A DNA stretch of 64,000 bases. Origin: Salpingoeca rosetta. Its lineage: Eukaryota; Protista; Choanoflagellata. A model generated the notes under the pieces. The model saw nothing but the letters and a program-made list of their open reading frames with translations, was not told the origin of the DNA and did no database searches. Both the position numbers and the translations under genes were made by a program. The stretch covers positions 24,650 through 88,649 of the forward strand of contig JAWQFM010000019.1 in assembly GCA_033442325.1 (NCBI GenBank). The letters run 5' to 3'. Below are positions 13,297-27,073 of the stretch, piece after piece (within the stretch, counting starts at the first letter, position 1; each line of letters opens with the position of its first letter).

Positions 13297-14571
13297 TCAG
13301 TGCTTGTGGTGCCCGTCGTGGTGGTGGTTGTGGGTCTGCTGCTTGTGCTTCTGCGCCCAGGAGTGGAGGATGACCTCCTTCGGGTACGCCGTGCCCTTGA
13401 ACTCGGGCAGCTTGAAGGCGCGCGTGACGTACGCCTGCGCTTCGGGGGCGTCAGGCGGGATCTTGTACTTCTTCGCGTTCTCCAGCACGGTGAGGGCGTG
13501 GTAGAGCTTGGGGATGAGGGCGCAGTCTGCGCGGGTCGGGTGGTCGGCCGACAGCCAGGGGTGCTGGATCGAGTCGAGGTACTCGTGCAGCTCAACCATC
13601 ACCCGGTCAAACGCTACCTTCTTCTTGCTCTCCTTGTTTGCCTCCTGTGGGTGTGTTTGTGGGGAAGGTGTGTGTGTGTGTGTGGAGCAAGCAACACGAC
13701 AACGTGTGCGTCAGTGATGATGGAAGACCAAAAGTTCAGCCTATGCACGCAAGCAAGCACTAGCAAACATGCAGGCACACAAGCAAACATGCAGGCACAC
13801 AAGCATGCATGTACGCGGCTGGCCTCCCAAGCTCAAAAGCACGCACACACACACACACACACACACGCACACACATACACACATGCACACACACGCACAC
13901 ACACATGCACACGCACACAAAGCACACACACACACACATGCACACACCTCGTTGAAGTAGTATTCCTTGAAGACGCTCATGATGTCCTTGCAGACGTCCA
14001 TGGAGACGTCGGTGCAGGTGAGGTCTGGTTCTGCAGGGGTGTGCTTCTCGAGGTAGTCGATGATGGCCTCAGAGTCGGCCACAACCTTGTCGTCAACCTT
14101 GACGACAGGCACAAGCCCGGCAGGCGCCATGTCCATGAACCAGTCAGGCTTGTCCTTCATGTTGATGAAGGTCTCCGTGTGCTCAATGCCCTTGAGCTGC
14201 AGCCACATGCACACCTTCTGGCAGAAGGGGCAGTCGCCGCGGCTGTGGCCATCCTCGGCCGCCTGCAGTGTATTTGTGATGTGCATGGGTGGGGTGGCGA
14301 GGGTATGTGAGGTTCCGTGGACAACACACAGGTGCAGCAGCATCGTGATGTGGTGATCATAAATGTGTGATGATGAGACGTGATGATGAGACGTGATGAC
14401 GATCACACCAACAACGCCAAAAGCACAGAGAGAGACAGCAAATACACACACACACACACACAACAGAGGGGCTGCGCTCGAATAGAACAAAAGGCTTCAG
14501 GGGAGAACACCAGGCTCCCAATTCACAGTGAGCTGGCTGACCTTGACGTAGACTGTGATATCGTGAGGCAT
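13297..14571 (-). CDS. GST-fold dehydroascorbate reductase / CLIC-like protein with CPFC active site, 3 exons
   Basis: MPHDITVYVK | AAEDGHSRGDCPFCQKVCMWLQLKG...KPDWFMDMAPAGLVPVV...VADSEAIIDYLE | ...TRADCALIPKLYHAL...VILHSWAQKHKQQTHNHHHDGHHKH*. Confidence 0.85.
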
Positions 14572-14910
14572 TCTCGCTGCTCTTGGACGTGTGCTTCTGC
14601 TTCTTCTTCCTTTTCCTTGGCTTGCTTGCTCGCTTGCTCGCTTTATTGTTGCTTCTGCTCTGGCTTGCTCGTCGGTGGTGGGTCGGATAAATGCAATGCA
14701 ACCCAAACAGCACACAGCCGTGAGTGTCACACTCAGTGATGTGTGTGCAACTTCCTTCGCTCGCTTGCTTGCGGCTCTTGCTGTGCTTCTTGCAGTGTGT
14801 CATCAAATCACGGTTGCAGAAGCAACCCCCCAGCTGTTGCTCACGTCAGCAATTCCATCACTATCTTTCCCAGTGTCGTGTCGTATATTGCATTTGACGA
14901 CAGCATAACT

Positions 14911-15967
14911 TTCGCGTAGCAACGAAAGCAGAAAGCATCGCGCCGCTGCCAACCACCACCACACAAGCAATAGTGCCACCACCACGACCAGCCTCGACAG
15001 CGCAGAGCGACGATGACCGAAGCAGTCCAGGCGGTTCAGGCCGCCATCGCCCTGCGCCGTGTTCGCGTCGATGAGCACTTCCGTGACTTTGACCCCCTCC
15101 GAGCCGGGCGCATCACCCCGTCCCAATTCCTCAGGTGTTGTGTTGCGTGCGGTGTTGCGTGTTTTGTTGCGTGTATTGTGTGCTTGAGATGTTGTGTGTG
15201 TGTGGTAAGGTGTGTTGTGTTGTGTTGTGTTGTGTTGTGTTGCGTGTTGTATGTGTGTGTGTGTGACATGGTGTGTGCGTTGCGTGTTGTATGTGTGTGT
15301 GTGGTTGGTGTTGTGCGCGCGCTCGTGTGTGTAGTCTTTGCTGCTCTCATTGTTGATACTTGCATGTGACGATTGCGTCCATGTGCTGACAACAAACCCA
15401 CTTGGTTACACCACTACGCTGTACTGATTCATTCACACATTCGCGTAGCAACGAAAGCAGAAAGCATCGCGCCGCTGCCAAACCACACCACACAAGCAAT
15501 AGTGCCACCACCACGACCAGCCTCGACAGCGCAGAGCGACGATGACCGAAGCAGTCCAGGCGGTTCAGGCCGCCATCGCCCTGCGCCGTGTTCGCGTCGA
15601 TGAGCACTTCCGTGACTTTGACCCCTCCGAGCCGGGCGCATCACCCCGTCCCAATTCCTCAGGTGTTGTGTTGCGTGCGGTGTTGCGTGTTTTGTTGCGT
15701 GTATTGTGTGCTTGAGATGTTGTGTGTGTGTGGTAAGGTGTGTTGTGTTGTGTTGTGTTGTGTTGTGTTGCGTGTTGTATGTGTGTGTGTGTGACATGGT
15801 GTGTGCGTTGCGTGTTGTATGTGTGTGTGTGGTTGGTGTTGTGCGCGCGCTCGTGTGTGTAGTCTTTGCTGCTCTCATTGTTGATACTTGCATGTGACGA
15901 TTGCGTCCATGTGCTGACAACAAACCCACTTGGTTACACCACTACGCTGTACTGATTCATTCACACA
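14911..15967 (+). repeat. Direct tandem duplication (about 529 bp unit) of the 5' region, exon 1 and intron start of the EF-hand gene
   Basis: ttcgcgtagcaacgaaagcag...gtactgattcattcacaca occurs at 14911 and again at 15440. Copy 2 has a 1-nt deletion in the exon (gactttgacccctcc vs gactttgaccccctcc). Confidence 0.9.
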
Positions 15968-17569
15968 CTCACACACGCACACACACACACACGCTCACCA
16001 CCAACTCGCACTCACCACCAACTCGCACTCACCACCAACACATCCATCAACCAACACATGCACACTCAACACAACATCAGGTGCTTGGACCAAGTGGGCG
16101 TGCGCCTGAGCGAGGAGCAGCGGGAAACGCTGCTGAAGCAGTACGACACAGGCGACGGCCGCGTCAACTATCGCCAGTTTGTGCAGGACGTGTACAGCGC
16201 CTTCACCCGCACCAACCTGGAAAAGGCGCCTGCGGAGAAGCCGCCAACGCCCGACCGCGCCGAGACGTCGCTCATCGGCGCGGCCGCGCGCTTCGGATAC
16301 GACGACCCGGAGATGGAGGATCTCTACTTTGAGCTGCGCGACATCATCCGCAAGCACTGCAAGACATACGGCATGTCCGTTCGCTCCGCGTTCCAGGAGT
16401 TTGACAAGGTCAACAGGGGCATCGTCACCCCAGCACAGTTTGAGCGCAACCTCCCCGCGCCCAAGGACATTGAGCCCTTCCACGTCAGGGTGAGCCCCAC
16501 TGCCGTGCGTGCGTGTGTGTTGGGGGGGGGAGGGTTCTTGTGCGTGCATGTGTATGTGTGCATGTGTATGTGTGCATGTGCATGTGTATGTGCATGTGCA
16601 TGTGTGTGTTTGGGTATGAATGTGACGGTGCGTGGGTTCTTGTGCACCTTGCACAGCTGCAGCTGCGTTGGTTTTGTATGAACCGCCTCCGTTTGCTGGT
16701 GTGCGTTTGTTGTGAGCATACATTCCACCATTGCTGTGCTGACACTGTCAACACCACTCTACCCTCCACACTGCGTTCCCTTCATGTGCCCGTCACCTGC
16801 CATAACCGGCTGCAGGTGATTGCCAACCGCTTTCTGCAGGACAACAATATGGTCAACTACCTCGCCTTCCATCGCGACGTGGAAGGCATTGGCCCCGAGC
16901 AGCCACTCGGGTACGGCCCACCACACACATCTATCGTGTCGCAGAACTCGTACACAACAGCAGGCGCAGTCATCTGCGTCTCAGCACACACACACACACA
17001 CACACGCACACATACACACACACGCACACACGCACACAGCACACACACGCATATACATACACACATACATACATACACAGGGTTGCACACACCTGTCTCT
17101 CACCTCCTCCTCCTCCCCGCATCCTCGTCATCCACTTCAAACCCCCCCCCCACACACACACACACGACAGGTTCCGCAACACGCTGCGCAAGAGGGAGAT
17201 GGAGGACGTGCCTGGTGCCGGCACCATCAGGGCGGCCAGCGCCGACGACGTGTTGCGAGAGCTGCAGGTTGCCTTTCACAAGACGCGCGTGCGCCCCGTG
17301 GAGTTTATGCGGGATTACGACAAGCTCAACTCGTCTTGCATCACGGCAAACCAGTTTGAGTGCGGCCTGAGCCTCGCCTGCTCCGCACCAGGTGCTGTTG
17401 TCGACGTGGTGGTGCATCGTGTGCCGTGGGTGTCGGTTGGACCATCGTGGGTGGCTGGATGTGTGGAAAGGGGGAGGGGGCACGTTGGCGTGGTGAAGCA
17501 CGCCATTGCAACCCGTGTGACTGAGACACACACACACACACACACACACTCACTCACGAGGTGATCTTC

Positions 17570-17655
<86 letters not shown>

Positions 17656-20600
17656 CGGGGTGCGGCTGACGCGGGAGCAGGTGAATGCGCTGGTGGAGCG
17701 GTTCAGAGCACCGGACGGGCGCGTCAACTACAGGCAGTTCTGCAAACAGGTTGACGAAGGTACGCACACACTCACACACACACACGGCAGACGGCGATTG
17801 TGATGTGCACAGTGGTGTCATTGTGTCACGCGAGTACTAGTTGTTCTTGTTTTGCTTCTTCTGATGTCTACACGCGCCTCGCCCCACCTCACCTCACTTC
17901 CTCCACTCGCCCATCGTCATCATTATCACCACCACCACCACCACCACCACCACCACCACGGCAGCATTTGTGACGGGCAAAGATGACGATCTTGTCCGGG
18001 ACCCGCTTGCGTCTGTGCCGACGCGCACGCGAAAGGACATTGTGCGGGACGAGAACGAGCTGGCAGGGGAGGACGAGGAACGCGTGCAGCTGGTGCTCGC
18101 CGCCATCAAGCAGCACGTTGACGAGCGAAACCTCGACCTGTATCCCCAGTTCAGGGACTTTGACCGCCGCCACGGCTTCACCAAGGGCGTGACGCGCGCA
18201 CAGTTCCGGCGGCTGCTCGACCTGACGCTGGGGCTGCCGTTGCAGGAGAGGGACGTGGAGTTGGTGTGCGACAAGTACACGAACGCAGCAACGGGACACG
18301 TCAACTACCACAAGTTCATCGCGGACGTAGACGAAGATTCGAACCTGAAGCCGCAGGAGCAACTGTACTTTGACAAGGCCAGCATCGCCAACTTCAAGAC
18401 GATGAAGGATGTCGATGCAGAGCGAGAGGAACGCATGGCAGACCTCGACGAAGCCATTGCTATGCTCAAGCTCAGGTGAGACCACACGCCCTCATGCTCC
18501 TGGCTGCATGGACTTGTGCTGACAGTATCGTGCGCGTGATTGCATTTCCTTCTTCGTCTGTGATCGTGTGTTTGAACATTGTGTTCATGCACCACCACCA
18601 TCAATTTTGCTTGTTGTCGAGCCACGTTCGTGCGCGACTGAAATGCATCTACAACAGCCATCCCTCACATCACCACCACCACCACCACCACCACCATCAC
18701 CACCACCACCATGTTTGCTGTCACTGTCAGGGTTGTGGAGCGATCACTGCGTGCAGCGGAGTATCTGCGGGACTTTGATCGACTGCGCAAAGGCCTCATC
18801 ACCGCCGCCCAGTTCAAGACGGGCGTCAAGGCAATGCACCCAGACATGTCAGAGGTGCGCCCCTCACATCGTGCTTGTGCTCGTGTGTGTCTATGTGTGT
18901 GTGTGTGTGCTTACTTGTCTCTATGTATGTGTGCATGTGTGTATTTGAACATGTGTTTGTACTGTTTGTTCGTACGCCCAAGCGTCAGCGTTCATGTGCT
19001 TACGCCTGAATCATGCGCATCTCCTCCTCCTCTCCCCAACTCCCCCCCCCAAACTAGGATCACCTGAATGCGTTGACTGCTGCGTACACGGACACGACGG
19101 CAGCACCGCCAGCAGTCATTGCCTGGCGCCGGTTTGCGTCGGATATGGACGACCTCCTGCTCCCCACCAGAAACCTCGAGAAGGCGCCAACCACGTGCGG
19201 TGACTGAAGTGGCGAGAAAGGATACAGAGGGGGAGGGGAGAGGAGGGGCAAGAGAGACAGATGGTTCACATGTAGCTTGTGCGACTTGTACGAATCAAGC
19301 ACACGACAAGTGGGTACCCTCTCACGCTCACACGTTCACTCACGTTCACGACCGCAACAATTTGCCGCTGATGATGGGGTCTCATTCCGTGTGATTGTCT
19401 GTTCCGCTGTCTGTTCCGCTTTGCCAGGATGACGCGACCGGAGACAGAAGTTGTTCGGGAGGTGCAGGACGCCACGCAACAGACACCGCGCACAAAGGGT
19501 GTGTATTGCGTGGGAGGGTTGAAGAAGGGTGCATGTGCATGTATGTGTGCATGTGTTCATGTGTTCATGTGTTCATGTGTGCATGCGCTTGTGACAAGTT
19601 TGGGTGAGATGCGTTGCTCATATCCATATCTGTTGCTGCTGGCTTCATCAGGGTTTGATGAGCAGTCGCTGGATGAAGTTGACGAAGCAATGGAGTCCAT
19701 CCGCTTCCAAGTCGCCAAACACGTACGTCAAACACACACACATGCGCACATGCGCACATGCTCGTGCATGCACACTTGCTCTCGTATCGCTAATCTGGTT
19801 GTGCGCGCGTGTGTGAATGGATGTGCAGAAGCTGCAGCCGAAGGACTACTTGAAGGATTTTGACCGGCACAACAAAGGCAAAGTAACGGAGCAGCAGTTT
19901 GCACAGGCGCTGGATATGGCCCGCATCGTCCTCACCCCGCGACAGGTGAAGAGCAATGCACGTGTTGATCCTGCCGTGACCGTTGTTCATCGTTGTCTGC
20001 TGTCTGACTCCAATATCGTGTGTTCTTTCTTTCTTTGTTTGCCGATTCTCTGTTATTGTGTCCTCACACACCCATCTCGCTCATGCTGTCACACCCCTCT
20101 CCACATTACGACTACAACGCGCCAGGTGCGGCTGCTGCAGCTGTACTTTGGACACGACGGGCTCGTCTCGTATCGCCTCTTCCTCAACGACCTTGCCCCA
20201 GCAGCTGCGCTCGCAAACCTCACACAGAACACTCTCCGCGGTGTCAAGGAGGTGCGTATGATAGCGAGTGTGTGTGCATGTGCCTGTGTGTGTGTGTAAG
20301 CGAGTGTGTGTGTGTGTGTGTGTGAGTATGTGCAGATGTCTCTGTGTGTTTGTGTGTTTGTGTTTAAGTGTGTGTGTAAGTGTGTGGCTACAGGGGAGTG
20401 AGGGAACACCATCACTGGCACCAGCCCCTGCCATCATGCCCTCTTCCACGTTCATCGTCGCCACCATCGCCATCATTGCGACTGCCAGGTTGAGACGCGG
20501 CGGAATCAGTTCCGGGACAAAGACGACGGCGCGGACCTGGAGGAGACAATGGAGAAAATCAAGCTCGCGGTATTGGCCTGTGCTTTTCGTGCCGCTGTTG

Positions 20601-21629
20601 GTGGTGATGATAGAGGAAGGGCGATGTAGTCTGTTGCAACACACAGAGAGAGAGACACACACAAGCACACACAAACACACACAAGCACACAAGCACACAC
20701 ACACACACACGCACATACGCACACGCACGCAGGTACAAAGGAAATGCCTGTCCCCTCGTCATGCCCCATTGCTCATGCCTTCCTCCCCCATTTCCACCAA
20801 ATGCCTCACCAGGTTGCCCAGCGCCGTATCCGCATCATCGAACACATGCGCGGGTTTGACAAGTTGCGTAAGGGCCGCGTCACCGTGCGCGCGTTCCGCT
20901 CTGCGCTGTCCATGTGCGGGCTGGAGCTGACGCTGCCGGAGTACCGGGCACTTGAGAGCGAGTACGCGGTACCCGAGGTGCCGGAGCACGTGAACTACGT
21001 CAAGTTCTGCCGGGAGGTGGACGCCGTGTTTGGCGCCACAGACCTGCACCGGGAGCCGACGCTGGAGAGCCAGCAGTTCATCCCGCCAATGGACATTGAG
21101 GTGGAGGCGAACACACGCAAGATGGCGGGGGAGGAGAAGAACGTGGCGGAGGAGGTGCTGATGCACGTGGCGCGGATTGTGGACGAGAGGGGTGTGGCCA
21201 TGAACGACGACTTCAAGGACTACGACCGCGTCAACAGGGGATCAGGTAAGGGATTATGATGTGATGTGATGTGGTGTGGTGTGGTGTGGTGTGGTGTGGT
21301 GTGGTGTGGTGTGGTGTGGTGTGGTGTGGTGTGGTGTGGTGTGTGGTGTGGTGTCATGTGTGGGCCAGGCGATGCCTCTGCTTGTCTCACACATGGCGTC
21401 TCACACTTTGCGTCTCCACAACACCGCCGCCACTGCAGTGACACGGTCCCAGTTCCAGCGAGTGTTGTCTGACCTACGCCTGACGGACGGCGTGAAGCAG
21501 TCGAGCGTGGATGCGCTCATGAACATGTTCCGGGTCCGCGTTGGTGGACAGGAGAACGTGCACTACCGCCGGTTCCTGACCCAGGTCGACGCCATCTGCG
21601 AAGACCTGCACCGCGCACCGGCCCAATGA
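15013..21629 (+). CDS. Multi-EF-hand protein with eight EF-hand-pair modules, FAP115/CFAP115-like candidate ciliary protein
   Basis: Eight recurring loops: DFDPLRAGRIT, EFDKVNRGIVT, DYDKLNSSCIT, DFDRRHGFTKGVT, DFDRLRKGLIT, DFDRHNKGKVT, GFDKLRKGRVT, DYDRVNRGSVT. Each is followed by QF/AF and then a VNY/VSY/VHY-type second loop. Stop TGA at 21627-21629. Confidence 0.75.
21265..21352. repeat. (GTGTG)n pentanucleotide intronic repeat
   Basis: gtggtgtggtgtggt... tandem run. Confidence 0.9.
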
Positions 21630-21979
21630 TGCCAACACGTCATGGGATGGCATGGGATATGGAATGAGGTGGGGTGGTGGGGATGGATGTGTCTGGCGCT
21701 TGTTTGTTGTCAAACACTCTTCTTCGTCTGTGTTGCACATCAGCAACCCCAGGCTGTACGTGAGTGCGAGGGGGTAGGCGTGCGTGTTTCATACGAGTGA
21801 TTTTGTTCTTGCATCTTGCATCTTGCTTGCCAACTTGCTGTCTTTTCTCCTTTTCGCTTGCGTTGTTGTGCTGACATTCACTTGGTGGTTCGATTATATG
21901 TTAGCAATTCCACAACACACACCCACAGCGACAGCGACGCACGTGCGTGAAACCCTAGCACACATACACACACACACAT

Positions 21980-22011
<32 letters not shown>

Positions 22012-22051
22012 GCACTCACAAGCATTCACACGCATACACAAGTGTGTGGAA

Positions 22052-22367
22052 TCAAGCGGTGTCGTTTGCGCTGGATGACAATGTGGATGGTTGTGATTGA
22101 TAGAAGTTGTGGGTGATGGCGTGTTGAATGCACTGCAGAATGATGTTTGTTTCCTGCCGGATTTCCGTGTCGAGCAGCTGACAAAGCAGAGGAGGCGATG
22201 GTGGCGATGGTGGCGATGGTGGCAGATGTGCGTGCGTGCGTGTGTGTGTGTTGTGAAATGGTGAGGTTGATCAGGGCAGCGGCGTGGGTGTGGTAGGAAG
22301 TCAAGGTGGCATTAAAAACACGCACGCACGCACACACACACACACATACACACGCACACACACACAC

Positions 22368-22460
<93 letters not shown>

Positions 22461-23545
22461 ATTCGCAGGAGGGTGGGTTTGTTGACTGTGGTCTGGATGA
22501 GGGATTTGCTCTTCTTTGGCGGCAGTGCATTATCATTGTCGTCAGCGTGGCGGCGGTGTTGGCGACGACTGCGCTCGTGACTGACAGCTCCTCCACCACC
22601 ATCACCATCACCACCATGGCCACTGCTGTTATCGTCGTTGTTGTATTTCGGCGGGAGGGGCGGGGCCACATCGCTTCGGCACTCATCTGGGACAGCAGCG
22701 CCTGCAGTGAGGGGTTGAGGACCATCGGATGGGTCACGCGGAGTGGTATGAAAAGGTGATGTCATCAAAACAGGGTCAAACAGAGGAGAAAGGGGCAGAG
22801 AGAATGTGTGAGAATGTGTGAGAATGCGTGCGCATGTGTGAGAATGTGTGCGCATGTGTGAGTGAGAGAGACATGTGCATCCAAACACACAAGCACACTA
22901 CACACCCACACCCGCACCCACACTCACACAGAGTCACAGTCACACGCATAGTCACAGTCACAGTCACAGTCACACACACTCTCTCACCCCCCCCACACAC
23001 ACACACAGAAGTGCAGTACCGTCTGCATCTGTGATGAGCGCGGCCGCGTCATATTGAATAGAGGCCACGAGCTGCGTCGCCGCCTCTTCCGGCAGCGGTG
23101 CAACACGCGGACCTGTCGACCGCCCAACGACTCGCCCTTTGCCCGCATATCTGCAATCATCGACACACCGGGCGCAGTGGTTTAGGGTGAGGATGAAGAG
23201 GATGGACGCTGAAGCGGTGAGCATGTGCACGTCATAAGTTGAACGAAGCAGCCGCAGTCGCAACAAGTATCGGGAAGAAGCAACACGAGCGGCAGTTTTA
23301 AGCATGTCATGACTGCACTGCATGCCCTGCACACGTGTTCGCACTTGAATTCGGTTGCGCGGGCCACATTCCCGCTCTGCTCCTTCTCCTGCTCCTGCTG
23401 CTGCTTGCGCTGCATGTTGGCATCCGTGGGGTAGTTTCTATTGCAGCAGTGTATGTGGCGAGAACAGATCAACGGGATTGGCTGCAGCATCGAGCAAGCG
23501 CTGACGAGCAGGTACAAAACAAAAAGCAAACGAAAATGTACATGT

Positions 23546-23611
<66 letters not shown>

Positions 23612-24101
23612 ACACACACCAACAGCAGTGCTTACTTGCGTCGTGCTGCACGCCACTCCTCAATCTCCTTCGGGTCGTACTTCCACTGCTTCTTCCCGCC
23701 CCCACCGCCGCCATCGCGATTCACCGCGGCGGCTGCAAGCGCCTCCTCATCAACGTACGCTGCATCGCCACCATCCCCGTTCCCATCGTCGTCGCTGTTG
23801 TTGTCGTCATTGTCGTCAGAGCTTGAATCTGTGTCGCTGCCGCCAATTCCAAGGATGTTGGGAGCACTCTTCTTCTTCTCCTTGCGAGGCTTGACGCTGG
23901 TCAAGGCTGCACTGCTGCTGGAGGCACTTGTTGATGCGCTTGTCGACGCTTGCACAGCAGCTGCGGGCAACGTGTTGGTCGACGAGGCGATTTGGCCTTG
24001 TCGTTGGTCTCGCTTGCGCTGCTGCTGTTGCTTGCGACGAGGCTGATTTCTTCGTCGCTGGTTATTTGCTTGTCGCTGCTGCCCATGCTGCTGTTGGTAA
24101 C

Positions 24102-24162
<61 letters not shown>

Positions 24163-24750
24163 AAACTGTACCCCACCTGCTGTGGGCCACGCCTGAAAGG
24201 CCTGATGCTGCGGCGTCTGTTGCTGCGTCATCGGTTGTTGTGGCATCTGCTGTTGCTGCTGTAATTGCTGTGGCAAAGGCATGAGGCCAGGCTTTGCTGG
24301 TGTGGGCGGCGTCGGCATGAGCCCTTGTCGACCCGATGTCGAGGTTGTCATCGGCGCACCACTCATGGGTGTTGGAACAAACGCCGCAGCATATCCCATC
24401 GGCTGTGGTTGCGGTGGTTGCGATGGCACGAACGTTTGCGGTTGCTGTGGTTGTGATGACACAAACGGCTGCTGCTGCACCATCATGAACGGCTGCTGTG
24501 GTGGCTGCTGCAGCTGCTGCTGAGGTTGAAGAGGCTGACCAAACTGCAGTTGTTGGAATGATTGCTGTGGCTGTTGGAACATCCGCTGCTGTTGCTGTTG
24601 GAAGCACGGTTGTTGCAGATGATGATGCTGCTGCTGCTGGAGCTGGTGCTGTTGCTGCAGATGTTGACCACCGCCTCCCATCAACCCACCACCGCCCGTA
24701 CCACCACCTCCCATCAACCCACCACCGCCACCACGCATCGCACCCCACAT
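22052..24750 (-). CDS. NUFIP1: NUFIP1/Rsa1-like box C/D snoRNP assembly factor with a Gly/Gln/Pro-rich N-terminus
   Basis: The PEP-type motif DPKEIEEWRAARRK|NYPT and the C-terminal KPTLLRM|LLDTEIRQETNIILQCIQHAI match the two conserved NUFIP1 blocks. Stop on the minus strand at 22052-22054. Confidence 0.75.
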
Positions 24751-25106
24751 CGTGTTCGTCTTCTTCTTCGTCGCAGCGTGGGTGCAGAAAATTTGTGGTA
24801 TTTTCCAACAATCGCCAAGACTTTCGTCGCGTCATCGCCGGTTGGTGTGAAAGCTGTTTGTGTTTGACCACGCATGGATGCGACAATGACTGCAGCGTTC
24901 TGTCAACATCACGCCTTGTTGCTTGCTTGCTTGCTTGCCAATTGAATGCCCTGCCCGTCACCAGCCTCCTGCATCTCTTTGACTGCCTTGTTCACTCGTG
25001 CTGCTTGAAATGGAATCTCACGTGGAACGTCATCACTGCAGAAATAAGTGGGAAACAACCCTCCAACCCACTTCACCGCTCACGCACACGAACATACAAG
25101 CACAAA

Positions 25107-26359
25107 ATGGAAGAGGAGGAAGAGCATGCGCAAGCGGTGGCCGAGTTTCGGCGACTTCTCCCAGCGAGAACCGGCAGTGACAGTATACCACATTCGTCCA
25201 ACATAGCCCCGCTCGACCGTACACAACTGCTCGCTCTCATGGCCAACAGCTCAACCCCTGTCACATTCACATGGAAAAAATCCGTACGTGGGTGTGCGTT
25301 TGTATGTATGTATGTATGTATGTATGTGTGTTTCTGTGCTCGTGTGTGTGCGTGCGTGCGTGCGTGTGTGTTTGTTTGTTTGTGTGTGTGTATACACATG
25401 GTTGTGTCTATAATGTGGAGCTGAATGTCATCTGTTGCCACCCTCGCGTGTGTGCACCTCTACACCTTTGCATGACTGCCTTTTGTTTTCACACATTACA
25501 TGTGTGCACGTTGCGTTGCAGGTGCTGCAGCTGATGCACTACGCTTTTCTTGGTGTTGCCACGGCAAGGGATGGTGAGTCAGCACTGGAACCCATCGCAT
25601 CGCAGCCTGAGATCAGTGTCGTCGCACAAATACATACACACACTCTCACTCACACACACACTCTCTCATGCACTCACTCGCTCGCTCGCTCTCTCACTCA
25701 CTCTCACTCACACACTCACTCACTCACTCACTCACTCACACTCACACACTCACACACTCGCACATTTACTCTCACCTCCAACTTGCCTACGCTTGCATTT
25801 CATGCGATGGGTGTTAGATCTCGAGTTCTGCGGTGGTGGTCGCGGCTCTGGTGCAAAGGGAATGACATACAGTGACGATGACGCCAGTGATGCTGATAAT
25901 GATGGTGCTGGGGACGCCAGTCGCGGTGCAAGAAGAAGGCCGAGTCGGGTGAGCAGGCGCGGGAGTGGCAGCGTTGGAGATGCCAGTGCCGTCAATGACA
26001 TTGGAGGGCACGGTGATGGCGACGACGACGAAGACGATGCACACGTGCCCCTGTTTCGCCTTCCTCCTCCTGTACCCCCATCAGCGATTGATCCCATCCT
26101 CGAGGTGAGTGCGTGTGTCTTAGTGCGTGTGTGTTTCTGTCTCTGTGCATGCACGCGTGTGTTACTACTTGACGCACGCTCTCGCGGCTGTGTCACATCG
26201 TCCCCCCCCCTCTCTTGTCTTCCCCACACCACTCCATCCCACCGCCAGCTCGGGTCGTCGCTCGCGTCTGCCGGCGTGGCGATGCGGTCTGGCCTCTCCG
26301 CGGCCACGGGTGTCTTCGGCAGCCTCGTCCTCGGCGCAGGTCCGGCAACAGAAGCGGGG

Positions 26360-26400
<41 letters not shown>

Positions 26401-26402
26401 TG

Positions 26403-26445
<43 letters not shown>

Positions 26446-26449
26446 GTGT

Positions 26450-26480
<31 letters not shown>

Positions 26481-26992
26481 CGTGCGTGTGTGTCTGTGTG
26501 TGTGTGTGATTGATGAGGGGTTCCTTTGTGAAACTGAAGCTTATGTTGTCAACGCCATCACGATCACCATTTTGTAGGATCGACGTTTGGGCGAGCAGCA
26601 ACGACGGCGGGCTCAACACTCGTCTCCACCATCAGATCAAACCTCGTGGGTGCACGCGGCGCTTGCACACACACACACACACATACACACATACACATAC
26701 ACACACATATCTCACACACACAAACGTACATGTGCGCATTGTCCTGCTCACTGCTGTTTGCTGTGTGCACATGTCATTCGTTCGCTGTTCAGGCGGCGCT
26801 GCATCGGTTACGCGAGCGGTCACAACAATCGCGCGCAGGGAACGAAGGTACGGGCAACAACTGTGATGGCGATGGTGATGAAGACGACAGCGATGATAGT
26901 GGTGAAGCATTGTGACCCCCGGTCATGGCATCACGTCGTGCCCGAAACGGGTGGTGTCACACAAATGCTCCTTGTTCTCACCCATCACATCA

Positions 26993-27073
<81 letters not shown>

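Noticed and set aside
13234-14310. 358-aa plus-strand ORF, and similar antisense ORFs such as 59657-60400
   Set aside because: These are antisense shadows of GC3-rich minus-strand exons (DHAR/CLIC, phosphagen kinase).
16960-16985. Possible non-canonical GC donor in the EF-hand gene
   Set aside because: A canonical GT donor at about 16911 gives the correct phase with the next exon.
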